A DNA stretch of 64,000 nucleotides, from contig JAFGDH010000015.1 in assembly GCA_016932215.1 (NCBI GenBank), positions 38,320 to 102,319 on the forward strand, read 5' to 3'. The notes under the pieces were generated by a model, which saw nothing but the letters and a program-made list of their open reading frames with translations, did not search any database and was not told where the DNA came from. This document shows positions 7,915 to 15,244 of the stretch, piece by piece; position 1 is the first letter of the stretch, and each line of letters opens with the position of its first letter. Made by a program: the position numbers and the translations under genes. Source of the stretch: Candidatus Aenigmatarchaeota archaeon. GTDB lineage: Archaea; Aenigmatarchaeota; Aenigmatarchaeia; QMZP01; QMZT01.

Positions 7915-9177
7915 ATGGACGACATGTTTATGGCGACAGTTGGTTCGAACATGGGTTTCGAACTGGGGGACTTCGCCGAGAAATCCAAGACAGGGAAGGC
8001 CTTCCGGATGTGGGAAATAAAGGAAGGCGGAGGGAGCATTGAGTGCAAGCCCGTAATAACCGGAAATACCATTTATTTCACCGCCCATGACCATTATTTG
8101 TACGCTTATGACTTGGAATCGAGGAAGGAAATCTGGAAATTCAAGACAGGCGGCCTGATGACCGGAGTCACACCAGTCATATGGGACAACCGCATATATA
8201 TCGGTTCTTACGACAGCGTCTTATATTGCGTTGACCAAAGCAACGGGAAGGAAATCTGGAGATTTCAGGCAGGGGACAAGATCTATTCCACTGCATGCGT
8301 TTCCAGCGGAATCGTATACTTCCCGTCGAAGGACAATTATATTTATGCACTAAACGCGGAAACCGGAAAGGAAATCTGGAGATTCAGAACCGGAGGGTGG
8401 ACAGGTTCAAGGCCCACGATACATGAAAATAGGGCCTATTTCGGGTCGTTCGACGGAAACCTTTATTGTGTCGATGCATCGAACGGCAGGGAGCTCTGGA
8501 GATTCCGGACTGAAGGAAACATATACAACAGGGAGAACTTCCCGGTAAAGGACGGTATTCTATATTTCGGATCGGATGACCAGAACCTTTATGCAATCAA
8601 ATCGGAGACGGGTAAGGAGATATGGAGATTCAAAACAGGAGGAATCGTCAACGCCACCGCGGCCATATACGATGGAAGGATATACTTCTGCTCGCAGGAC
8701 AGCAACCTTTACTCACTTACCATGGATGGCAAGGAAATCTGGAGGTTCACCACTGGCGACAAGGTGGGGACGGGTCCGGTATGTCACGAAGGGAAGATAT
8801 ACTTCGGTTCCACCGACCACAAGTTATATGCCGTGGACACGGGAGGGAATCTGGTGTGGAGCTTCAGAACGGAGAACGAGATATGGAACGACTGCCTGAT
8901 AAATGACGGGATCATCTATTTCGGGTCGTACGACTGCAATCTGTACGCGCTGGACGCGGAAACGGGGAAGGAAATATTCAGGGTACCTTCGAGCATCAAG
9001 ACGTCGAGCCATTACGAGATTGAACAGAAAACGGTGTTCGAGTTCAGGCCACCTGAAGTGAAGGAAACGGAAACAGAAGAAAAAGAGTCATATTCCCCTT
9101 CCCGTTCGGAAACGACCCACGACGGATCCCAGTATTCGGTGAAGAGCGAATACGTCTTCAGAAGCGAGTACGCCTGA
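7915..9177 (+). CDS. PQQ-like beta-propeller repeat protein, paralog 2 (tail ...QYSVKSEYVFRSEYA)
   Basis: 420 aa with the same repeat pattern. The N-terminus MDDMFMATVGSNMGFELGDFA is nearly identical to the paralog at 51589. Confidence 0.85.
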   Translation: MDDMFMATVGSNMGFELGDFAEKSKTGKAFRMWEIKEGGGSIECKPVITGNTIYFTAHDHYLYAYDLESRKEIWKFKTGGLMTGVTPVIWDNRIYIGSYDSVLYCVDQSNGKEIWRFQAGDKIYSTACVSSGIVYFPSKDNYIYALNAETGKEIWRFRTGGWTGSRPTIHENRAYFGSFDGNLYCVDASNGRELWRFRTEGNIYNRENFPVKDGILYFGSDDQNLYAIKSETGKEIWRFKTGGIVNATAAIYDGRIYFCSQDSNLYSLTMDGKEIWRFTTGDKVGTGPVCHEGKIYFGSTDHKLYAVDTGGNLVWSFRTENEIWNDCLINDGIIYFGSYDCNLYALDAETGKEIFRVPSSIKTSSHYEIEQKTVFEFRPPEVKETETEEKESYSPSRSETTHDGSQYSVKSEYVFRSEYA

Positions 9178-9225
9178 CAAACGCTTTTAAACCTTCCCTG
9201 TTCTAATTATTATACGAGTGATAGA

Positions 9226-9387
9226 ATGGCAAAAGACAAAAAGATGATGATGCCGCAGAGCACGGCCGGGCTGATAAGATACTTCGAGCAGTCAGACGAA
9301 TCCATCAAGCTCAAGCCCGAGCACATCATCGGGTTATGTGTCGTAATAATAATAGTTGAGATGATGCTGAAATTCATTTTCATGTGA
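9226..9387 (+). CDS. secG: preprotein translocase subunit Sec61-beta (below the ORF-track length cut-off)
   Basis: My own translation gives MAKDKKMMMPQSTAGLIRYFEQSDESIKLKPEHIIGLCVVIIIVEMMLKFIFM. It has the typical ..AGL(I/M)RYF.. motif followed by a single C-terminal TM helix. Confidence 0.75.
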   Translation: MAKDKKMMMPQSTAGLIRYFEQSDESIKLKPEHIIGLCVVIIIVEMMLKFIFM

Positions 9388-9478
9388 GTTTCATTATTCC
9401 CGGGTGGTTTCTTTAAAAAATATTTTTTTATAAGATGCAGTATATGCTTTTAAATCCTTTTGCGGCCAAAATATAAAC

Positions 9479-10132
9479 ATGAGCCTGCCTCCTTTCTCCA
9501 AAATAACGGACAACATAACCATGATCCATCTTTCAGGGCTCGATTCTAACATCTATGTCGTGGGAAAGGACACAATAGTTGATACAGGCACTGGTTTCAA
9601 TTTCGTGAGGCTGTACGACCTTTTCAAGAGAATGGGTGCGGATTTCGACAGCATAAAGACCATAATAAACACGCACATGCACTTCGACCACGTCGGGGGA
9701 AACAAGTTCTTCGAGAACGCAAAGGTACTGGCGCATGAGCTTGATGCGCCTCACATGGAAAAGGGGAACCCGGAAAACACGTGCGCATCATTCTTCGGCG
9801 GCGAGATGAAGCCGATGTCGGTTGACCAGAAGCTGAAGGAAGGGGACCTGATAAACGGGCTTAAGGTGATACACACGCCCGGCCACACGAAGGGATCGAT
9901 CTGCCTGTACGACGAAAAGAACAAGATACTCCTTTCCGGGGACACGATATTCGCTGATGGGGTCGGGAGGACTGATCTTCCCGGCGGAAGCGAGGACGAC
10001 CTTGAGAAATCGCTGGAAAGGCTGGCCACCATGGACATAGCAAAGATCCTGCCGGGCCACGGGGAGCCGATAATGAAGGATGGAAAGAAGCAGCTTGAGA
10101 AGATATACGAGAACGTGTCCGATATCCATTAA
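9479..10132 (+). CDS. MBL-fold metallo-hydrolase (glyoxalase II-like)
   Basis: 217 aa with the HMHFDHVGG (HxHxDH) motif, plus later HTPGHT and GDT..ADG.GRTD. Confidence 0.85.
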   Translation: MSLPPFSKITDNITMIHLSGLDSNIYVVGKDTIVDTGTGFNFVRLYDLFKRMGADFDSIKTIINTHMHFDHVGGNKFFENAKVLAHELDAPHMEKGNPENTCASFFGGEMKPMSVDQKLKEGDLINGLKVIHTPGHTKGSICLYDEKNKILLSGDTIFADGVGRTDLPGGSEDDLEKSLERLATMDIAKILPGHGEPIMKDGKKQLEKIYENVSDIH

Positions 10133-10617
10133 ACCTCTCTGAAACCGTTAACTTCCCCGTTCTTTTCTTCAACCACGAAGTGGATGGTATTTACCGACTT
10201 GTCGAAGAAATTCTTCCCCATCCACCTGTCCTGCGGTATCATCCTCATTTCGTCCAGTGAATCCATTTTCACCCATCTCAGTTCCCCTTCATCCGATTCC
10301 GTGAATTTATCCGTGGGAGCCTCGGCGTGGGTGAGGAATATTATCCCGGAGAAATTGAGATTCTCTCCTTCCTTCAGCCTCTCGTGGAAAACGGCCTTAA
10401 TTTCCCTGAATTCTACGTCCAGACCCGTTTCCTCCTTCGCTTCCCTCACTGACGCCTCCGTTATAGTCTCGTCATTCTCCAGCTTTCCGCCCACGAAGGT
10501 CCAGTATCCCTTGTATGGCTCCTTGTTCCTCCTTATCAGGAGAACGTCGCCGCCGTGCGTGACCATGACCAGAACAATGGGAATGGGATGCCTGCCCATA
10601 CCAATAGAATGTAGCAA
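10129..10617 (-). CDS. Nudix hydrolase
   Basis: 162 aa with Nudix box GGKLENDETITEASVREAKEETGL. Confidence 0.85.
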   Translation of the reverse strand: MLHSIGMGRHPIPIVLVMVTHGGDVLLIRRNKEPYKGYWTFVGGKLENDETITEASVREAKEETGLDVEFREIKAVFHERLKEGENLNFSGIIFLTHAEAPTDKFTESDEGELRWVKMDSLDEMRMIPQDRWMGKNFFDKSVNTIHFVVEEKNGEVNGFREV

Positions 10618-10641
10618 TGATTAAAAAAGAAGGTTTCGAAA

Positions 10642-10671
10642 GACGACTACTTCCGATATAATCAAGTCGTC
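10642..10671. repeat. Hairpin family member C1: GACGACT-16 nt-AGTCGTC
   Basis: Perfect 7-bp stem with loop ACTTCCGATATAATCA. The flanks suggest minus-strand orientation. Confidence 0.8.
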
Positions 10672-10688
10672 AATCGTTTATTTCGAAG

Positions 10689-10718
10689 GACAGCTAATTC
10701 CAATAGATTAAAGCTGTC
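10689..10718. repeat. Hairpin family member C2: GACAGCT-16 nt-AGCTGTC
   Basis: Perfect 7-bp stem with compensatory changes relative to C1. Loop is AATTCCAATAGATTAA. Lies 12 nt from the tRNA-Lys 3' end. Confidence 0.8.
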
Positions 10719-10730
10719 ATACGCTTTTAT

Positions 10731-10897
10731 GGGCCCGACGGGAATTTCGACGGAAGCCGACTAGTCGGCTTCAAACGCTATTCGAACCCGCGACACCCGG
10801 ATATCTCCAGCGAAAGAACCTTTCGCGTTGTCATCCCCGTTAGGGTCATCATATCCGTTAAGAGTCCGGTGCTCTAACCAGACTGAGCTACGGGCCC
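10731..10897 (-). tRNA. tRNA-Lys (anticodon CUU) with two introns (~56 nt after the anticodon loop; ~37 nt at the 3' edge of the T-loop)
   Basis: The reverse complement reads GGGCCCG-TA-GCTC-AGTCTGGTTA-GAGC-A-CCGGA-CTCTTAA-[56 nt]-TCCGG-GTGTC-GCGGG-TTCGAAT-[37 nt with GAAGCCGA/TCGGCTTC helix]-CCCGT-CGGGCCC. All four stems pair. Confidence 0.85.
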
Positions 10898-10979
10898 ATG
10901 ATTCGTTGTCATGCGTTGCGAATTATTAATATAGATGGAGGAATTTATTTAAATTTGCAAATTCACGAAAAAAGAAGAT

Positions 10980-11177
10980 TTACTTCGTTCTCTTGTCCCT
11001 TGTGACCGTTTTCCACTGCCACTTGGCTTTCTTGAGCTTTGCCGACTTTCCGAACCCGCAGGCTGAGCATACCCCGTCCGTCGCGTGGTAAGAATGCCTT
11101 CCGCACCTTCTGCAGAGTACGTGTGTCTTGCCCTGCCGCTTACCAAAGCTAGGTGTTCCTTTAGCCATAAGAATCAT
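10980..11177 (-). CDS. rpl37e: 50S ribosomal protein L37e
   Basis: [28 protein letters not shown]...CSACGFG zinc-ribbon signature. Confidence 0.92.
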   Translation of the reverse strand: MILMAKGTPSFGKRQGKTHVLCRRCGRHSYHATDGVCSACGFGKSAKLKKAKWQWKTVTRDKRTK

Positions 11178-11187
11178 CCCTTAGTTA

Positions 11188-11415
11188 TTATTTTCCCGGT
11201 GAAATGAGAACTATGTTGTCTCCCCTGACAAGTACGGTACCGAGTTTTACGTTGTTCTCCCCGTCCGCTGACTGAACTTCCGCTTCCTCGAGCCATATGT
11301 TCAGATGGGAATCAAAGGCCTTTAGCATGCCAGTGATCTTGTCCCTGTTCTTGACCTGTATAATTATCCTCTTGTTCTCCGAATTTCCAAGAACGTCCAA
11401 TGGTCTTTGCTGCAT
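11188..11415 (-). CDS. Sm-like (LSm/SmAP) protein
   Basis: 75 aa with Sm1/Sm2 pattern ...IIIQVKNRDKITGMLKAFDSHLNIWLEEAE...VLVRGDNIVLISP. Adjacent to L37e, as in many archaea. Confidence 0.9.
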   Translation of the reverse strand: MQQRPLDVLGNSENKRIIIQVKNRDKITGMLKAFDSHLNIWLEEAEVQSADGENNVKLGTVLVRGDNIVLISPGK

Positions 11416-11534
11416 TGTCTTACCTCCTGTAAATCAGTTGACAGTGAATACTCTTTATTTATTTCAATTATTTAAAAGCATATGTTTATAAGTTTATATA
11501 CATTTAATGTAATAATACAAATCCTACCGGTGAA

Positions 11535-11927
11535 ATGATGACAAAATGGCACAGAAAATCCACCCGTTCCTTAACGGGAGCAAGGGTCAGGAAGAACAGG
11601 AAGAAGAAGAAATTCGAGATGGGAAACGTTTTCTTAGAGACGAAAATAGGCAAGAGGAACGTCAAGGTCCAGAAGACGATCGGAGGGAACAGAAAGTTAA
11701 AGGTGCTCTCCGTCGAGAAGATCAATGTAGCCGACCCCAAGAAGAAGACAATAAAGAGGGTCAAGGTCCTTTCGGTAGAGAAGAACACCGCCAACCCGCA
11801 TTACGTCCGAAGGAACGTGATCACAAAGGGCGCGATCGTTAAGACGGAGCTCGGATCAGCCAGGATCACATCCAAACCGGGCCAGCACGGGATCGTGAAT
11901 GCGGTGCTGGTTGAAGAAAAGAAGTAA
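11535..11927 (+). CDS. rps8e: 30S ribosomal protein S8e
   Basis: 130 aa with basic N-terminus WHRKSTRSLTGARVR and C-terminal NPHYVRRNVITKGAIV...ARITSKPGQHG. Confidence 0.85.
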   Translation: MMTKWHRKSTRSLTGARVRKNRKKKKFEMGNVFLETKIGKRNVKVQKTIGGNRKLKVLSVEKINVADPKKKTIKRVKVLSVEKNTANPHYVRRNVITKGAIVKTELGSARITSKPGQHGIVNAVLVEEKK

Positions 11928-11978
11928 AATTCTTCTTACAATCTCCATTTTAAAATCTAATTATCAAGATTTATTTCT

Positions 11979-12332
11979 ATGGGATCAGTGTACGCAGACA
12001 TTCATGATAAGCTCGGGGCCGGTGTAAACTGGGACAACTATCCGGTTTTGGAAGGAGATTCCCTTCCGGAAACAGGCATTCCGGGGCTTTTCCTCGGACT
12101 TGCGAAGGAACCCTACAAGGAACAGATGACCCTGGTAGCAACTGCTGCAGATAAATTCAAGCTCAGCGAAATCCAGGTGCACGATCTCATTAAAATGGCC
12201 GTGGTCGGCCATTTCGCTTTCTTTCCATCATCCGAGAAGTCCATTGAATGCTCCTATTTGACTTGGTGCGAGATATTTCAGATGGATCCTGATCAGGGCT
12301 ATTTATCTGAATTAAAGCAGCTATCCAAATAG
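11979..12332 (+). CDS. hypothetical protein
   Basis: 117-aa ORF filling an otherwise empty gap. No recognisable motif. Confidence 0.4.
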   Translation: MGSVYADIHDKLGAGVNWDNYPVLEGDSLPETGIPGLFLGLAKEPYKEQMTLVATAADKFKLSEIQVHDLIKMAVVGHFAFFPSSEKSIECSYLTWCEIFQMDPDQGYLSELKQLSK

Positions 12333-12357
12333 TATGCGATATTTTAAAGAATAAGCC

Positions 12358-12681
12358 CTATTTCAGTTCAATATCGATCTTGACGCCTTCCGGGATGTTT
12401 ATCCTTACGATCTGCCTCAGGGCACGCTCGTTCGATCCGATGTCTATGATCCTCTTGTGGATCCTCATCTCCCACCTGTCGTAGGTGGCGTTTCCGTGGC
12501 CCGTTCCGTCGCCGCACGGCGTCTTCATTGTGGTGACCTTGAGCTTCTTCGTGGGCAGAGGAATTGGTCCGCGTGTGGAAATCCCGTATTTGTCAGCGAT
12601 CTCCTTGATATCCTTGCATATCTGATCAAGTTCCTTTATGTTCCTTCCAGCTATCTTTACTCTTGCGAATTCCATGTTCAT
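12358..12681 (-). CDS. rps10: 30S ribosomal protein S10
   Basis: ...GPIPLPTKKLKVTTMKTPCGDGTGHGNATYDRWEMRIHKRIIDI... Confidence 0.92.
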   Translation of the reverse strand: MNMEFARVKIAGRNIKELDQICKDIKEIADKYGISTRGPIPLPTKKLKVTTMKTPCGDGTGHGNATYDRWEMRIHKRIIDIGSNERALRQIVRINIPEGVKIDIELK

Positions 12682-13332
12682 CTACCTCTTGCTCCTCTGT
12701 TTGTACCTTCTCGGTCCCTGCGAAGACCTCGGAGGTTTATGCGGTTCTGTCCTTCTCGGGTCGTATGCGATAAGGTTCCTGTCGTATTCCATGAATTTTG
12801 CCTTGAGACCTGGACCGAAAAGCTCGACCAGCCCTCTTGCTATGGCCTGCCTGATGGCGTCGGCCTGTCCCATCACTCCGCCGCCCCTTACGCTGATCTG
12901 GAAGTCGTATTTCTTCCATTCGCTCCCGGACAGCACGAGGGGCTCCATTATCCTGAGCCTGAAGACTTCGTTGGTTGAGTTTTCTATGAGCCTGTAATTG
13001 ACCTTGACCTTGCCGCTCCCGTTCCTTATGACAGCCCTCGCGACGGATTTTTTCCTTTTTCCGGTTGTATGGAAGGGGACCTTCGGCTTTGAATGTTTCT
13101 TTTCAGGAGCCTTCGCTTCCGGCTTCGGAGCCTCTTTGGCCGGCTCCTTCTTTTCCTGCGCGGATTCCTGTTTCAGGACCTCTTTCTTTACCTCCGGCTT
13201 CGTTTCAGCCTTCTTTGCCTCGGGTTTGATTTCCTTCTTAACTTCAGGATTCGCCGGTTCTTGCGGCTTCACCTTCGTTTTCAGGTCATCCTTCGAAACA
13301 TTCGCTTTCGTTTTTTCAGCCATGAACATCAC
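12682..13332 (-). CDS. rps9: 30S ribosomal protein S9 with a ~85-aa Lys/Glu/Pro-rich N-terminal extension
   Basis: The C-terminal ~130 aa are canonical (GKRKKSVARAVIRNGSGKVKVN...GGGVMGQADAIRQAIARGLV...PRRYKQRSKR). The N-terminal part is KPE/KKE low-complexity sequence. Confidence 0.9.
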   Translation of the reverse strand: MMFMAEKTKANVSKDDLKTKVKPQEPANPEVKKEIKPEAKKAETKPEVKKEVLKQESAQEKKEPAKEAPKPEAKAPEKKHSKPKVPFHTTGKRKKSVARAVIRNGSGKVKVNYRLIENSTNEVFRLRIMEPLVLSGSEWKKYDFQISVRGGGVMGQADAIRQAIARGLVELFGPGLKAKFMEYDRNLIAYDPRRTEPHKPPRSSQGPRRYKQRSKR

Positions 13333-13877
13333 TCAATGTTTGCCCCCAGCCTTTTGCTTATCTTTCCGAGGGTGGTGAACTTGTGATCGAGTCTGTTCCT
13401 CGTCTTCTCGATCACCTCGAAATCTCTACCCTTGAATTCTTCAGGAACGGACATAAATACTTTAAGCCTCGAAAAGGCGTCCCTGCCTTTCGCTTTCTGC
13501 CTCGGTATCATGCCCCTTATCATCCTTCTGAGTATCATTTCCGGCCTTCGCGGATAGAACGGCCCGTGGTACGGATCCCCCCGCTTGTTCTTTTCCTCGA
13601 AGAACGTCTGCGTTGCCTTCGGGTTGCCGGAGACAACCGCTTTTTCAGCGTTGACTATCGAAATCGTCTCGCCCTTCATGAGCCTTTTCGCGGTGTACGA
13701 AGCTATTCTTCCTGCTATGCAGTCCTCTGCGTCGATTACGCTCTCCATTTTAACCGGTCCCTTCTTTTCGGAAGGCTTGACCTCTTTTACGGTCTCCTTC
13801 TTGACCTTCTTCACCGCTTTGGTTGATGGCTTGGCTTTTAACTTCAAGTCATCTTTCTTTTCGTCTGCCATAATCAT
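13329..13877 (-). CDS. rpl13: 50S ribosomal protein L13 with a Lys-rich N-terminal extension
   Basis: Core VIDAEDCIAGRIASYTAKRLMKGETISIVNAEKAVVSG. The start is chosen at MIMADEKK (ATGA overlap with the L18e stop). The ORF track extends to 13931. Confidence 0.88.
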   Translation of the reverse strand: MIMADEKKDDLKLKAKPSTKAVKKVKKETVKEVKPSEKKGPVKMESVIDAEDCIAGRIASYTAKRLMKGETISIVNAEKAVVSGNPKATQTFFEEKNKRGDPYHGPFYPRRPEMILRRMIRGMIPRQKAKGRDAFSRLKVFMSVPEEFKGRDFEVIEKTRNRLDHKFTTLGKISKRLGANIE

Positions 13878-14224
13878 CCCATTATCCTCGCCTTCGGCGT
13901 TTTCTCTGCAAATTCCTCTATAGAGAGGCATTTCCCGCCTGATTTCTCTATCTTTTCCCTCGCGGATTCAGAGAATCTGAGAGCATAAACGTTGACGGCC
14001 TTGGATATGCTGCCGGTTCCGAGCACAGACCCCGGCACGACTACGTTTTCCTTCGCTTTCGCGTATTTCTCGATGCTGTCCACGTTCACCTCGTGACCCT
14101 GCCTTTTCGGTCTGTTCAGACCTTTGGCCAGGGCAAGAAGTATCGGTTTCTTCTCCCTGAAAGACCTGTCCCTGAGGTTTTCCACCATGCTCTTCAGTAC
14201 GGGGTTCTTTTCCCTTGCTTTCAT
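13874..14224 (-). CDS. rpl18e: 50S ribosomal protein L18e
   Basis: 116 aa in the position upstream of L13-S9, with pattern NPVL..MV..L.......K.I....A..LNRPKRQ...VN...I. Confidence 0.8.
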   Translation of the reverse strand: MKAREKNPVLKSMVENLRDRSFREKKPILLALAKGLNRPKRQGHEVNVDSIEKYAKAKENVVVPGSVLGTGSISKAVNVYALRFSESAREKIEKSGGKCLSIEEFAEKTPKARIMG

Positions 14225-14308
14225 GACAACACCGAATTCTTTCGAAATGTATAAAGTGTATAGTCTATTAAGTTTATAAATATTTAAATTAATCTGGGGA
14301 GAAAAAGC

Positions 14309-15088
14309 CTACATTTTCGCCTTTTCGGGCGCTTCCCCGCAATCGCATCCCTTCTTTTCCGGCATCGATGGGATGACGGCCCCCAGAAGGCGTTCGATCT
14401 TCTCAGAATTTGACTTCATGGTCCTGATTACGTCGGATATTTCGACAGCCTTCTCCTTGTAAACGTCGTAGTCGGTTACGGCGGCTATCGCGGCGTAACA
14501 TATCCCGAGTTCCCTCGCCAGTATGGCTTCCGGGATGCACGTCATTCCTATGACGTCCGCAAACTGCCTGAACATCCTGGATTCGGCCCTTGTCGAGAAT
14601 CTCGGGCCGGATACACGTAAATAGGTGCCCTTTTCGTGGAATTTTATCCCCAGCCTCTTCGCATTTTTGATCAGCGCTTCCCTCATTTCCGGGCAGAACG
14701 GGTCGGCGAACGGCGTGTGGCGGACTTCGGGACCATCGAAATAAGTTGTGACCTCCTTCCCCCAGTCGATCAGCTGGTCTGGAAAGACCATGTCGCCCGG
14801 GTGGATGTCGTCCTTCAGAGAACCGACAGCAGCTATCCCTATTATCCTCTTTGCCCCCAGTTCCTTCAGCGCGTGCATGTTCGCCCGGAAATTGATCTTG
14901 TGCGGTGGTATGGTGTGCTTGGGGCCGTGACGGAACAGGAAGCCGACCTTCGTCCCTTCGAAATTCCCGGTCACTATCTCGCTGGATGGCTTCCCGAACG
15001 GGGTATCAACCGCTGTTTTTTCCGGTTTTTCCAGCATACCCTCTGAATAAATACCGGTTCCCCCGATCACTGCAGCATCTATTTTCAC
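14309..15088 (-). CDS. mtnP: S-methyl-5'-thioadenosine phosphorylase / purine nucleoside phosphorylase family
   Basis: IGGTGIY...TPFGKPSS...FLFRHGPKHTIPPHKINFRANMHALKELGAKRIIGIAAVGSL. Confidence 0.88.
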   Translation of the reverse strand: MKIDAAVIGGTGIYSEGMLEKPEKTAVDTPFGKPSSEIVTGNFEGTKVGFLFRHGPKHTIPPHKINFRANMHALKELGAKRIIGIAAVGSLKDDIHPGDMVFPDQLIDWGKEVTTYFDGPEVRHTPFADPFCPEMREALIKNAKRLGIKFHEKGTYLRVSGPRFSTRAESRMFRQFADVIGMTCIPEAILARELGICYAAIAAVTDYDVYKEKAVEISDVIRTMKSNSEKIERLLGAVIPSMPEKKGCDCGEAPEKAKM

Positions 15089-15143
15089 GTCAATCGCCTG
15101 AATACTTTTATTATATTTATAAATTATATATTAGCATAACTAA

Positions 15144-15155
15144 CGCACGCGTGCG
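15144..15155. promoter_or_regulatory. 12-bp perfect palindrome CGCACGCGTGCG in a divergent promoter region
   Basis: Read directly. It lies between the divergently transcribed MTAP and DUF373-like genes. Any operator role is speculative. Confidence 0.3.
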
Positions 15156-15158
15156 CAT

Positions 15159-15190
15159 GACACAGCTTATATCGGTTGAGTCAAGCTGTC
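15159..15190. repeat. Hairpin family member E: GAC(AC)AGCTT-14 nt-AAGCTGTC
   Basis: 8-bp stem with a 2-nt bulge. Flanks are cATGAC...GTCtctcg, as in member A. Confidence 0.65.
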
Positions 15191-15244
15191 TCTCGCAATT
15201 AGTATGACGTTCGCTTTCGAGCGTATATCGAAAGAGGGGTCCGT

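Noticed and set aside
7885-8094. Similar small minus-strand ORFs at 7885-8094 and 51538-51891
   Set aside because: Their similarity only reflects the conserved 5' ends of the propeller paralogs on the plus strand.
10802-10857. C/D box sRNA embedded in the tRNA-Lys intron (ATGATGA box C-like, GATGACA box C'-like)
   Set aside because: No proper CUGA D or D' boxes occur at the required spacing (only CTGGAG). The spacing does not fit the 12-nt guide rule.
12998-13378. Long antisense ORFs opposite genes with K/E-rich low-complexity regions (examples: 12998-13378, 16433-16963, 18369-18905, 60635-61465, 61805-62125)
   Set aside because: They are Ser/Phe/Leu-rich mirror images of Lys/Glu codon runs. 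They have no motifs and overlap well-supported genes, so they are shadow ORFs.
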